Below are positions 8,904 through 19,434 of a stretch of DNA of 64,000 bases, piece by piece. The DNA comes from Candidatus Altimarinota bacterium. GTDB lineage: Bacteria > Patescibacteriota > Gracilibacteria > UBA1369. The position numbers were made by a program, and so were the translations under genes. Where the stretch lies: assembly GCA_963677745.1 (NCBI GenBank), contig OY782391.1, positions 1 through 64,000 on the forward strand, written 5' to 3'. A model generated the notes under the pieces. It was not told the origin of the DNA. It worked only from the letters and a program-made list of their open reading frames with translations, and searched no databases. Positions within the stretch are counted from its first letter, which is position 1, and each line of letters begins with the position of its first letter.

Positions 8904-10636
8904 TTGCATAAATTAAACCGATTAATTATATTCCTCAGGCAATTTCAACCAAAATACTTGAAAAGACCGCTTCTTAAAAGTGAAAACCTGGTCAGAACGC
9001 ATCGTTATTGGCATTGGGTGGAGGTAATACCGGGCCTCTGCATTTGGTTTTCTTTTTCTTTTTTAATTGTTGGTTCAATCTTTTGGCCCATTTTTACTGC
9101 CAATATTATTATTGCCTATACCCTGATCTGGGTTTTCAGGACCTTCCTTTTTTCCTACAATCTGGTCAAATCTTACCAATACAGTAAAAGAGCCGCCAAG
9201 AATGACTGGGCCAGGCTGCTTTCTTTTTTGGACACGCCTTCCAAGCTGAAATATCTGGTGGAAAAGAAAGAGTACAGCTTTGATCCGATGATTCTGAGAT
9301 TAAAGGAGGGGCCTCTGGAACCGCATCTTTTGAAACAAATTGATCATTTAAAGCAAATAGACCAATATCTCAGACCCTCCGAAATTACCCATTGTCTGTC
9401 TTTGTTTATCTGCCGGGAGCCCTATGAAGTCATCAAAACTTCCGTAGAGTCATATGTAAAAGCCAATTATGATCCCCAAAAAATCATCTTTGTCTTTGCC
9501 TATGAGGAATTCAATCAGGAAGCACTTTCCATCAGCAAACGCATCAAGGCCGAATACGGACACTATTTCCAGGACTATCTGGAAACCGGTCATCCCGAGA
9601 ATCTGCCCGGGGAAATCAAAGGCCGTGCTGCCAACATGAACTGGTCGGCCAAAATACTGAAAACCTACTTTGAAAAACGGAGAATTGACTTCTCCAAAGT
9701 GATTTTATCCAGTTTTGATGCGGATACGGTGGTCAGCCCGGAGTTTTTTAATGAGCTCACTTTCCGCTTTTGTATAACGGAAAACCGTAATGAGGTAGGC
9801 TATCAACCTGTACTTTTCTATCACAACAATATCTGGGACGTACCTGTCTTTAACAGACTGGTAGCCATTTCAGCCTCCTTTTGGCAACTTTCGGTAAGCC
9901 TTCAAAAGGATGAAAACAAAAGTTTTTCCTCCCGGGCCATGAGTTTCCAGTCTGTAATTGATTTTAATTACTGGGATCCGCTGGTGGTGGGGATGATTCC
10001 CGCCAGTTCTGGACGGCTTTTTTTGTTTATCAGGGCCGTCACTATCTGGAAAATATTTATAGTCCGGTCTACATGGACGCCGTCCTCAGTAAATCCTATC
10101 TGGATACCATCAAAAGCCAATACAAACAGCTACGGCGCTGGGCCTGGGGGGTATGTGATTTCCCCTTTATTGTCTTCAATATAATAAAGATTAAAGAAAT
10201 TCCACTCAAAAGAAAATTATATGAAATCTTCCATTATTTGGAAGGAGTCTATTTCTGGGCTACCGGGCCGGTTTTGCTTCTTTGTTCAGGTGCCATTCCC
10301 GGTCTGATCAATAAAGATTTTGGCAGCACTGTACTGAGTCACAATCTCCCGATCATTATGAGCTCATTGATGAATTTATCCTGCCTGGGAATCGTGGTTT
10401 GTCTGGTTATTACGACTTTGATTATTCCCTTTGAATACCAGAAAAATACCTTTAAAAAAGTCTCACTTTTTTTCCAATGGCTGCTGGTACCCCTGGTCTC
10501 CATCACACTTAGTGCCATTCCCGCAATTGATGCCCAGACCCGTCTGATGCTAAACAAAAGACTGGATTTCGATTCAACCGATAAGGCACGTAAAAAAACT
10601 AGCCCGACTTCTTCACATATTGCTTCCACAGATTGA
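8904..10636 (+). pseudogene. Processive GT2 glycosyltransferase split by a one-base frameshift near 9989-9992
   Basis: ORF1 has the FDAD (DxD) motif. The other frame from 9992 reads DDSRQFWTAFF...QYKQLRRWAWG (QxxRW) plus TM helices. One extra G in GGGG restores a single ORF. Confidence 0.8.
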
Positions 10637-11099
10637 CCACGTACTCCTCTGCCAGCTTGGCCGCCCGCTTCAATTCTGAAAGCAGATTATTCAAAAACCT
10701 TATCTTCATAACCTTGGCATTGATGTCATAAGGTGAAGCTTTTTTTGAAATTAGCCTATTCACTTCTTCTTTTGTTTGCTTCAACTCCATATTAATCGCT
10801 TCAACCGTCTGTCTGATCATTTCATCAATCGGAGGAACGGAGGTGATGGTCGTCTGACCGGACCTGGCGGATTTTGCCGATGAAACCGCAAATCTACTCT
10901 GCCCCGAGTCCTCTTCCTGCTTTTCCCCGAACTGTCCGCCTTCTTCCTCAGCTCCGCCAACGGTTTCCACGCCCTCAATAACCGTTTTGGTAGTATCCTT
11001 AACCTCCGGAAGTACTTTTTCCTCTTTTAAAGAGGCGGGAACAGTTTCCTGCCTTGTTTTTTCCGATTCCAAACCTGTTTTTAGTAAATTGTCAGCCAT
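10599..11099 (-). CDS. Hypothetical protein (low-complexity N-terminus, helical C-terminus)
   Basis: 166-aa ORF with AT-rich upstream region; no recognisable motif. Confidence 0.65.
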   Translation of the reverse strand: MADNLLKTGLESEKTRQETVPASLKEEKVLPEVKDTTKTVIEGVETVGGAEEEGGQFGEKQEEDSGQSRFAVSSAKSARSGQTTITSVPPIDEMIRQTVEAINMELKQTKEEVNRLISKKASPYDINAKVMKIRFLNNLLSELKRAAKLAEEYVVNLWKQYVKKSG

Positions 11100-11181
11100 A
11101 ATTAGATTTCACTCCATTTTATCACATATTTATCCACTTTTGAATGAAAATATGTTAAAATAATCTATAACAACAACTTTT

Positions 11182-12099
11182 ATGGCCACACTCAAGGAGT
11201 ACGAAAATCAGGTAAAACTCTACATGACAGAGGAGAATTGGACTGAGGCCTATAAAATCTGCACCAAGATATTAAGCTATGACCCGGAAAATACAACCTT
11301 TATTCGACTGTCCCACAAAATAGAGAATGAGGTCAAAAAACACAATTTAAAGGCAATCCAATACGATCTGCAGCAACTGGATCATTTTTTGACGGAACAT
11401 AATTATGAAGAGTATCTGAGAAAAATTGCCCCTCTGCAAATATATGTAAAAGATTATCCTGAAATTGCCAACAAAATTGTAGGTGCCAAAAAACTGCTTG
11501 ATCAGCAATATGAAGCAAAACGCAATCAGGCATTCCATGAAATTTCCGAGGAAATAAAGCAAAAAGGAGACTCCCTTGACTATCAAATCACGCTCCAGAA
11601 ACTGGACAACCTCTACAAGCTGGACATTCGTAAATCCGAAGTTAAAAACCTGCAGAAGACAGTGCGAGGCAGTTATATCAGGCAACAATTGCAGCTGAAC
11701 AAAGGTCTTTTGGAAAGCAACCGTTTTGAAGATATCATTATATTTCTGCTTAAACTTAAGAAGATCGACCCGGAGAACAGGGATGTAAAAAAAGTCATTG
11801 ATAGAATCAAGTCTGTCTATCAGTACTATAAAATTGAAAACAAAAAAGATTTCATCTTCAAAACGATCGAAGAAATTAAAACCCTCTACATAACCAGAAA
11901 ATATGAACTTTGTCTGGAGTTATGCGAAAGGGTTCTTCAAATCGACCCAACCAATGCCGTTGCGCTTAAATTTTCCGCCAAAGCATCCAAAAAAGCCGAC
12001 AGGCAGTCCATGAAAAAAATATTTACCGATATCCACGAAAACTTCAAAAAGTTCCCTCAAAGCAAAGACTTCAAAGAAAAGAATTACATCAGAATTTAA
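11182..12099 (+). CDS. TPR-like helical repeat protein
   Basis: Three repeats ending ILSYDPEN / LKKIDPEN / VLQIDPTN. Confidence 0.65.
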   Translation: MATLKEYENQVKLYMTEENWTEAYKICTKILSYDPENTTFIRLSHKIENEVKKHNLKAIQYDLQQLDHFLTEHNYEEYLRKIAPLQIYVKDYPEIANKIVGAKKLLDQQYEAKRNQAFHEISEEIKQKGDSLDYQITLQKLDNLYKLDIRKSEVKNLQKTVRGSYIRQQLQLNKGLLESNRFEDIIIFLLKLKKIDPENRDVKKVIDRIKSVYQYYKIENKKDFIFKTIEEIKTLYITRKYELCLELCERVLQIDPTNAVALKFSAKASKKADRQSMKKIFTDIHENFKKFPQSKDFKEKNYIRI

Positions 12100-13130
12100 C
12101 TGGTTTTCAGCGCGTATTGTTTTCTACCGACTCTCACAAACTGATCTTTGTTTTTTAAACTTAGAATAACAGTAATCGGTTTTACTCTCCTTTGTTTTAA
12201 GACATCATTTATTATTTCCTGCTGGGAAAGAGATTCCTTTCCTTTAAGTATGGAAACTATCACGTCAGCAACTGTCCCGCTTTTATAGCCCCACTCAGCC
12301 AGTCCGTAAATTCCTCTGCCAATCAGTACAAAATCTTCATGTCTGATCAGTTCATTGTGTACGGCCTGCAAATTAATTTTCTTCTTGTCAAAATTACTTT
12401 CAATTATTTTGTTGGCAATATCCATGAAATGAAGCGGATCTTTTCTGGAACGTAATACATAATAGATTTTGTCTCTGAGTGTCCTGGGATTGATATGGCG
12501 CCATTCATACAAGCCTACCATCTCTCCTTCCAGCAATTTTATTTTCTTGTCGATCTGGATAAGGGATCTGAATAATAAAATGTTTATTTCCGTATTCTTC
12601 TGCCCGATTACATTGGCATACAGGTTATCAAGCCCAGCTATAGACTTGATTCTGGACATATAGTCCGATGCCTGCCGGCAGATAGTTTCCAGTTCCAGCT
12701 GTTTTAGATCTGCCAATTTCAAATACGGAGCAAATGCCACGGTATTGGGGACCCTGTTAAACCTTTTATCGACGGAAAAAATCAGTTGTAAAGACTCAAC
12801 CGAATATTCCGGTCTCAACTGAAGCATTTTTGACAACAGGATATCTTCTCTGACCACTCCTCCGAAATTGTTTACAATTTCAAAAGCCTCATTGCCAATT
12901 TCCTGCAGAGGGCAATTCTCAAGATTTCGCTTCAATTTATTGATGGCATTCTTTTCAATCTGTCTTATTCTCTCTCTGGTAACCGTAAAATGCTGTCCAA
13001 TTTCCTCCAGCGTGGCTTTTTCTCTTTTATCCAGATTGAACCTGCGTTCAATCACATATCTTTCTTTTTGCGTCAAAAGAAGCAGAAAATTTTCAACAAG
13101 CTTAGTAAAATTTTCAACTGTAATTGACAT
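12096..13130 (-). CDS. Sigma70 region-4 HTH fused to HARE-HTH/RNAP-delta-like winged helices (paralog 2)
   Basis: LTQKERYVIERRFNL..TLEEIGQHFTVTRERIRQIEK; WRHINPRTLRDK..PLHFMDIANKI..QAVHNELIR..FVLIGRGIYGLAEWGY; aligns end to end with 7644-8735. Confidence 0.75.
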   Translation of the reverse strand: MSITVENFTKLVENFLLLLTQKERYVIERRFNLDKREKATLEEIGQHFTVTRERIRQIEKNAINKLKRNLENCPLQEIGNEAFEIVNNFGGVVREDILLSKMLQLRPEYSVESLQLIFSVDKRFNRVPNTVAFAPYLKLADLKQLELETICRQASDYMSRIKSIAGLDNLYANVIGQKNTEINILLFRSLIQIDKKIKLLEGEMVGLYEWRHINPRTLRDKIYYVLRSRKDPLHFMDIANKIIESNFDKKKINLQAVHNELIRHEDFVLIGRGIYGLAEWGYKSGTVADVIVSILKGKESLSQQEIINDVLKQRRVKPITVILSLKNKDQFVRVGRKQYALKTS

Positions 13131-13265
13131 AAAATTTTAAGTTAATTTTTATTTTCAAACTAAAATCCTAAACTCCGTTTTCGCAACTCGTGACCAGTAT
13201 ATTCGAACAGAAATTAAAACAAAGAAAATATACTTGTTAAATAATCAAAAAATATCTGCCATATA

Positions 13266-13940
13266 CTAAGGTATAAGATATCCGCTGCAGGGAATCGTTT
13301 TTATCAAAGAGTTAATCCCAAATGTCTGACTGATGATTCTTCGTACTTTACTAACATGAACGTCCACCGTATTAGTTAAGACTCTCGAATTCATATCCCA
13401 AACCTGTTCCAGAATAATACTGCGCGACATGACTCTTCCTCTGTGTTTGGCCAGATAAAAAAGCAAATCAAACTCTTTATTTTTCATAAAAAGGACTTTA
13501 TTCCCATTGCTGATTGATCTGTTTAGATAATTTATTTCCAGTTTATCAATCAGTATTTTTTCATCATGGTGATATTTTTTTGAGGCAACAATGGACAGAA
13601 TATCATCGGCCAGCAAGGAAATATTTAAAGGCCAGAAATAAAACCTGATCTGGCTGTCCCCGGCCAACCTGGCGCCGGGATCAAATTCAGCAAATTCTTC
13701 CGGTCTTTCATAAATTACAAAACAGGGGAGTTTGACCGCCCACGATAGTATATTTTTATTGATCGATATCCTGTCCAATATTATCGCCTGACAGCCATCC
13801 GGGAAAAAAGGTATTCCTGTTAAAGTCTCATCTTTAATATCTTCGATCGGTAAATTTACTGTAAATATTTTCCTTTTCTGTAAAAGCAATTGCATCCACT
13901 CAAGAGCTTTTTTGTTTTTACCTACCAATAAGATTTTCAT
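13266..13940 (-). CDS. OmpR/PhoB-type winged-helix regulator with atypical receiver domain
   Basis: KEFDLLFYL..GRVMSRSIILEQVWD..NTVDVHVSKVR..IKTIPCSGY; the N-terminus KILLVGKN lacks the acidic pair. Confidence 0.75.
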   Translation of the reverse strand: MKILLVGKNKKALEWMQLLLQKRKIFTVNLPIEDIKDETLTGIPFFPDGCQAIILDRISINKNILSWAVKLPCFVIYERPEEFAEFDPGARLAGDSQIRFYFWPLNISLLADDILSIVASKKYHHDEKILIDKLEINYLNRSISNGNKVLFMKNKEFDLLFYLAKHRGRVMSRSIILEQVWDMNSRVLTNTVDVHVSKVRRIISQTFGINSLIKTIPCSGYLIP

Positions 13941-14066
13941 GAAAGATTAATTAAAGGGTAACAGCATAAAACCGGCGGTAAAACTGTCAAACGCTCCAAT
14001 CTCCGTAAATGACAATTTAGGCCTATACAAAAAGAATAATTAAATTTAAAATCCTGTAGTCCAAAC

Positions 14067-15098
14067 TTGGAAAACAGTATGAAAGACCCGGTGGAACTGC
14101 AAAAACTGCTTAAGGAATTGAAAATCCCTCAATATCGTGGAAAACAGCTTTTAGATGCGGTTTTCAAACAGGGGAAACTCGACTATGATCAGATGGCGGT
14201 TTTACCCAAAGCTGTCAGGGAAATCCTAAAAAGCAGACTCCCGATTTTATCCCTGAAAGCGGTCTATGATATTTCCTCAAAGGATCAGAGTACCAGGAAA
14301 GCTGCTTTTAAACTTGTCGGCGGAGGTACCGTAGAAGCAGTCCTGATGAGATATCAGGATGGCCGAAATTCCGTCTGTATTTCCAGCCAGGCCGGCTGTC
14401 AGATGGGTTGCAAATTTTGTGCCACCGGTGCTCTGGGATTTACACGAAATTTGACCGCAGAGGAAATCACCGACCAGGTTCTATATTTTCAATCCTTTCT
14501 GGCGGCGCTTGATGAAAAGATCTCCAATGTCGTATTTATGGGGATGGGAGAACCATTCCTGAATTATGATGAAGTCATGAAAGCTATCGGTATTCTGAAT
14601 CATCCTGATTATTTCCATCTGGCCAGCAGAAGAATAACGGTTTCCACCTGCGGTATTGTTGATGGAATCAAACGATTTGCCACAGAAAACACCCAGGCCA
14701 ATCTGGCCGTTTCCCTGCATGCCCCCAATCAAAAAATCCGTGAAAGTATCATGCCCGTTGCCCGACTTTATCCGCTCCCCCAATTGCTGGACGCCATCGA
14801 AAATTATTGCCGCAAGACCAACAGAAGGGTGTCCTTTGAGTATGTTCTTCTAAAAGGAATCAACGACTCGGAATCATCTGCCGAAGAGCTGGCTGAGATT
14901 TCAACCAACAAATTGATTCACATCAATCTGATTCCTTACAACAATACCTCCCTCAACGACATTTCAGGCAGTGGCAGGGAGAAAACCCTGGCCTTCCAAA
15001 AAATATTACAAAAAAGGGGAGTTAATGTTACAGTCAGAGTGTCCATGGGACAGGACATCCTTGCGGCCTGTGGGCAATTAGCAAATAAAGTAATTTAA
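14067..15098 (+). CDS. rlmN: 23S rRNA (A2503) C2-methyltransferase RlmN
   Basis: CISSQAGCQMGCKFCATG, VFMGMGEP, LAVSLHAP, DILAACGQL. Confidence 0.95.
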   Translation: MENSMKDPVELQKLLKELKIPQYRGKQLLDAVFKQGKLDYDQMAVLPKAVREILKSRLPILSLKAVYDISSKDQSTRKAAFKLVGGGTVEAVLMRYQDGRNSVCISSQAGCQMGCKFCATGALGFTRNLTAEEITDQVLYFQSFLAALDEKISNVVFMGMGEPFLNYDEVMKAIGILNHPDYFHLASRRITVSTCGIVDGIKRFATENTQANLAVSLHAPNQKIRESIMPVARLYPLPQLLDAIENYCRKTNRRVSFEYVLLKGINDSESSAEELAEISTNKLIHINLIPYNNTSLNDISGSGREKTLAFQKILQKRGVNVTVRVSMGQDILAACGQLANKVI

Positions 15099-15107
15099 AT
15101 ATCACCT

Positions 15108-15371
15108 ATGAATGAAGAAAAACAGCCAAACGTAAATCTGAAAATCGATCCTCAACTGGAGCAGGGAACTTTTGCCAATGCCATTTCCATACACGTTAAC
15201 AATAACGAAGTGATTTTGGATTGCGGCTATCTTCTTCCCAATCAAAGCCCCGTTACCATCAAACTGGTGGCGCGGGTCAATCTGACCCACCAGACAGCGG
15301 AAAGCCTGATGAACGTGCTTTCCAATGCCATGCTGGATTGGCGGAACAAGCAGAAAAAAACTAACTCTTAA
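15108..15371 (+). CDS. DUF3467-like small protein
   Basis: GTFANAISI..NEVILDCG..VARVNLT pattern. Confidence 0.6.
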   Translation: MNEEKQPNVNLKIDPQLEQGTFANAISIHVNNNEVILDCGYLLPNQSPVTIKLVARVNLTHQTAESLMNVLSNAMLDWRNKQKKTNS

Positions 15372-15390
15372 TATTAAAACACCCTTAGTG

Positions 15391-16785
15391 ATGGATAAAA
15401 TTATATCATTGTGTAAAAGACGCGGCTTTATCTTCCCCGGCTCGGAAATATATGGAGGTCTGGCCAACACCTGGGATTACGGACCGCTGGGCGCTCAATT
15501 AAAAAAGAATGTCAAAGATCTCTGGTGGAAGACTTTTGTGGAGCGGAGACTGGATATGGTGGGAATTGATGCCGCCATCCTGATGAATCCCACTACCTGG
15601 GAAGCTTCCGGACATGTCTCGGGCTTCAGTGATCCTCTGATGGATTGTAAAAGCTGTAAATCCCGGGAAAGAGCCGATAAATTGATAGAAAAATGGATTC
15701 ATGAAAACAGTTCTGAGGAACGGCCACGAAATTGGGCTGGTGAAAAAACTCCGGCCAAGGATCTGCTGGAATTTATTAACGATAAAAAAATTCCCTGTCC
15801 GATCTGTGGTAAAACCAACTGGACTGAACCCAAGGCCTTTAATCTGATGTTCAAGACCAGACAGGGCGTGGTGGAGGAGGAAGGTAAGGATATCTATCTC
15901 CGGCCGGAAACAGCCCAGGGGATTTTTGTTAATTTCAAAAACGTCCTGGAAACTACCAGAAAAAAACTGCCCTTTGGAATTGCCCAAATCGGTAAAGCCT
16001 TCAGAAACGAAATTACCCCCGGGAATTTTACTTTCAGGACAAGGGAATTCGAACAGATGGAAATCGAATACTTTTTTGACCCCGACAGCTCTCCCTGGCA
16101 GGAAGTATTTGAAATGTGGAAAAAAGACAGTCTGAATTTTGTAACCGATATTCTGGGCATTAAGAAAGAAAATCTGCGCTTAAGAGATCATGAAAAGGAC
16201 GAGCTCTCTTTCTACTCCAAAGGCACCACTGATATTGAATATAAATTTCCCTTCGGCTGGGGAGAGCTGTGCGCCGCCGGGGCCTACCGCACCGACTACG
16301 ATCTGAAACAGCATGAGAAGTTTTCCGGAAAAAATCTTTCCTATCTGGATCCCTATACCAATAAGACTTTTATACCTCATGTGCTTGAACCGAGTTTCGG
16401 CGCCGACCGTGTTACTTTGGCCGTATTGCTCAGCGCTTATGAAGAAGAACAGCTGGAAGAGGAAACCCGTATTGTTATGAAGTTTAAGCCCGACCTAGCT
16501 CCCCTAACCCTTGCCGTGCTGCCGCTGGTCAACAAATTAAACGAACAGGCCGAACACCTGGCCAATGATCTATTGAAAAATTACAGGGTCGATTTTGACA
16601 CATCCGGCTCGATCGGCAAACGGTACAGGAGACAGGATGAAATCGGTACGCCTTTCTGCCTGACTTTTGATTTTGATAGCTTGAATGATAACGCAGTTAC
16701 CGTCAGGGATAGGGATACGATGAAACAGGACCGGATAAATATTTCCGCGCTCAAAGAGTATATTGACCGGAAATTGTTTGATTAG
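15391..16785 (+). CDS. glyS: Glycine--tRNA ligase (alpha2 type)
   Basis: SLCKRRGFIFPGSEIYGG, YLRPETAQGIF, FRNEITPGNFTFRTREFEQMEIE, SIGKRYRRQDEIGTP. Confidence 0.96.
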   Translation: MDKIISLCKRRGFIFPGSEIYGGLANTWDYGPLGAQLKKNVKDLWWKTFVERRLDMVGIDAAILMNPTTWEASGHVSGFSDPLMDCKSCKSRERADKLIEKWIHENSSEERPRNWAGEKTPAKDLLEFINDKKIPCPICGKTNWTEPKAFNLMFKTRQGVVEEEGKDIYLRPETAQGIFVNFKNVLETTRKKLPFGIAQIGKAFRNEITPGNFTFRTREFEQMEIEYFFDPDSSPWQEVFEMWKKDSLNFVTDILGIKKENLRLRDHEKDELSFYSKGTTDIEYKFPFGWGELCAAGAYRTDYDLKQHEKFSGKNLSYLDPYTNKTFIPHVLEPSFGADRVTLAVLLSAYEEEQLEEETRIVMKFKPDLAPLTLAVLPLVNKLNEQAEHLANDLLKNYRVDFDTSGSIGKRYRRQDEIGTPFCLTFDFDSLNDNAVTVRDRDTMKQDRINISALKEYIDRKLFD

Positions 16786-16900
16786 ACAATATAGCCATTA
16801 AAGGCGCAAGTTCATCTCCTGAAATCCCCAGTCCGAATACCTCAAAAATCATCAAAAGCTGGCTTACATATGCTATAATTAGAAGATTAAACAAAAACAA

Positions 16901-19432
16901 ATGTTTGACCTGGTAAATCCAATCGAGCAGTTACAATCCGGAGACATCTTCAATGGGGTGGCAAACCTGCTGATCTATCTGGTTGTTGCAATAATATTTT
17001 TGAAGGTACTGCGTGTTGTTGCCAGATTTTTCTTTATTCTGTGGCAGAACAAAACTCATATCTGTTTGAAAATCAGGTTGCCCCGCGAAGAATCACAAAA
17101 AGACAACGAGAAAAAAGAGGAAAAGGACTTCAAGGAAAAAATCGGGATCATGGACCAGTGTTTCCGCAATATTCATGAATTGTCCGAACTGAGTCTTCGC
17201 AATATTATCCGCACTACGCTTTTTGATTCCAACATTATTTCCTTCGACATCGTTGCCCAGAACAAGGTGATAGATTTTTACCTGGTTACTCCTAAGATCT
17301 ACCGCGAACTGATAGAAAAACAATTGACTGCTTATTACCCGGATGCAGACCTGGTTCCCGTTGACAAATATCTGCTGGCCAAACCGGGGCAGTATTTGCG
17401 CATGTATTTCGCCTATTTGACACAGCCTTACTGGTTCCCTTTCAAAAGCTACAAATTTTCCGAAAACGACCCGCTCAATGACATGACCAACATCTTTTCC
17501 AAACTGGAAGAGGATGAAATCGCCGGTTTTCAGTTAACCATGAGGCCAATCAGAAACCGTAAATATAACAGAAAAATCGAAAAAATCGCCTCGACACTTT
17601 TCAAAGGGAAAGAAGTCCCCAAATTCCATATTCCCGGGATGGGCTTTCTCAGTAATATTATCGTTGGTTTGTTTTTCGGATATGACAAAATAATCAAAGA
17701 TAAACCCGACAGTCAGGGCGGATTTGTACGTATGCTACAGCCGCTTGAGGAAAGATCAAAAAAAATGGGCGAAAAAGCCGCCCAGCCGATGTACAGGGCG
17801 GTGCTTCGATATTTTGCCTCGTCCAAAAACCGCTCCAGATCGGAAGAGATTACCAACAATGTCAGTCTGGCCTTAAGCATGTTCCGTGATGAATCTTCCA
17901 ACTGGTTTCAGAACAGAAGAGTTTTTCCGATTGATTCGGTGAATAACTTTTTTATGAAGTTCAATTATCAGAACCGGATGATTGACACGTCTTTCGGCCC
18001 GTTTGGTGAAAAGAACAACATCCTGTCGCCGGAAGAACTTTCTTCTATCTTCCATCTACCCTGCAGCCGCTACAATCATTCTCCGGCCATTAACTGGCTT
18101 CCCTATAAAGTATTGCCCGCACCTGTGGATACCCCTACTCAGGGTATCTTACTTGGGTATAATATTTACCGCGGCGTTAAAAAGGAGATCAGGATGCTGC
18201 GAAAGGATCGCACCAGGCATCATTATTGTATTGGCAAGTCGGGTTCCGGCAAATCCGTGTTTCTCAGCTGGTGTGCCCGCCAGGACATTCAGGCCGGTGA
18301 CGGAGTGGGCGTGATTGACCCTCATGGCGATCTGATAGAAGAATTGGTTACATTTGTTCCGAAAGAACGGGCCAAGGACTGCGTGGTTTTCAATCCGGCC
18401 GATACGGAAAGACCGATGGGTCTGAATATGCTTGAGGCCAAAACCTCCGAGGAAATGGACATGGCTTCCAGCCAGGCGACTGAAATTTTCATCAAACTGT
18501 TTGGAGATGAAGTATTTGGCCCCCGTATCCAGCACTATTTCCGTAATGCCTGCCTTACATTGATGGAAGATCAGGAGGAGGGCGCGACTCTCATCGACGT
18601 GCCGCGTGTCTTCGTGGACGATGAATTTATGAAATACAAAGTCAGCAAAGTGAAAAATCCGGTTGTCCGGTCGTTCTGGGATCATGAGTATGCCCATACC
18701 GGCGATCGCGAAAAACAGGAAATGATCCCGTATTTCTCGGCAAAATTTGGTCCGTTTATTACGAACTCGATCATGAGAAACACCATCGGCCAGACCAAAT
18801 CAGCTTTCAATTTCCGTCAGGCCATGGACAATCAGCAGATTCTGCTGATCAATCTTTCCAAAGGAAAAATCGGAGATCTCAATACCCAGCTGCTGGGACT
18901 GGTGATGGTGGCCAGGGTTCAGATGTCTGCCATGAGCCGTGTGGATATACCGGAAGAAGCCAGAAAGGATTTTTATCTGTATGTGGATGAGTTTCAGAAT
19001 TTCTCCACCGACAGTTTCTGTTCCATTCTTTCCGAGGCCAGAAAATACCATTTGGCGCTGATCATGGCCAACCAGTATATCAAGCAGCTTGAAAAGAAAC
19101 AGGACACGGCCATCCGCGATGCGGTATTCGGTAACGTCGGTACCATGATGTCCTTCAAAGTCGGCGCCGACGATGGTGAGTATCTTGCCAAGGAATACGC
19201 CCCCATTCTCAGTGAACAGGACATCATCTCCATCGCCAATTTCAAGGCCTATATTAAACTGAATATAAACAACACCACTTCCCGTCCGTTTTCCCTGGAG
19301 ACAATTTATGACATGTCCGCCTCCAATAAAAAAATTGGTGAAATAATCACTCAATATTCCCGTATCAAATACGGTCGCAAAAAAGAATTTGTCGACCAGG
19401 AAATCAGAGCCAGAATTGGCATAGACGTATAG
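16901..19432 (+). CDS. Second VirB4/TraD/HerA-like P-loop ATPase
   Basis: Walker A GKSGSGKS, VIDPHG, LYVDEFQN, LSEARKY; clear paralog of 1316-3790; TGcTATAAT element at 16871-79. Confidence 0.85.
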   Translation: MFDLVNPIEQLQSGDIFNGVANLLIYLVVAIIFLKVLRVVARFFFILWQNKTHICLKIRLPREESQKDNEKKEEKDFKEKIGIMDQCFRNIHELSELSLRNIIRTTLFDSNIISFDIVAQNKVIDFYLVTPKIYRELIEKQLTAYYPDADLVPVDKYLLAKPGQYLRMYFAYLTQPYWFPFKSYKFSENDPLNDMTNIFSKLEEDEIAGFQLTMRPIRNRKYNRKIEKIASTLFKGKEVPKFHIPGMGFLSNIIVGLFFGYDKIIKDKPDSQGGFVRMLQPLEERSKKMGEKAAQPMYRAVLRYFASSKNRSRSEEITNNVSLALSMFRDESSNWFQNRRVFPIDSVNNFFMKFNYQNRMIDTSFGPFGEKNNILSPEELSSIFHLPCSRYNHSPAINWLPYKVLPAPVDTPTQGILLGYNIYRGVKKEIRMLRKDRTRHHYCIGKSGSGKSVFLSWCARQDIQAGDGVGVIDPHGDLIEELVTFVPKERAKDCVVFNPADTERPMGLNMLEAKTSEEMDMASSQATEIFIKLFGDEVFGPRIQHYFRNACLTLMEDQEEGATLIDVPRVFVDDEFMKYKVSKVKNPVVRSFWDHEYAHTGDREKQEMIPYFSAKFGPFITNSIMRNTIGQTKSAFNFRQAMDNQQILLINLSKGKIGDLNTQLLGLVMVARVQMSAMSRVDIPEEARKDFYLYVDEFQNFSTDSFCSILSEARKYHLALIMANQYIKQLEKKQDTAIRDAVFGNVGTMMSFKVGADDGEYLAKEYAPILSEQDIISIANFKAYIKLNINNTTSRPFSLETIYDMSASNKKIGEIITQYSRIKYGRKKEFVDQEIRARIGIDV

Positions 19433-19434
19433 CG

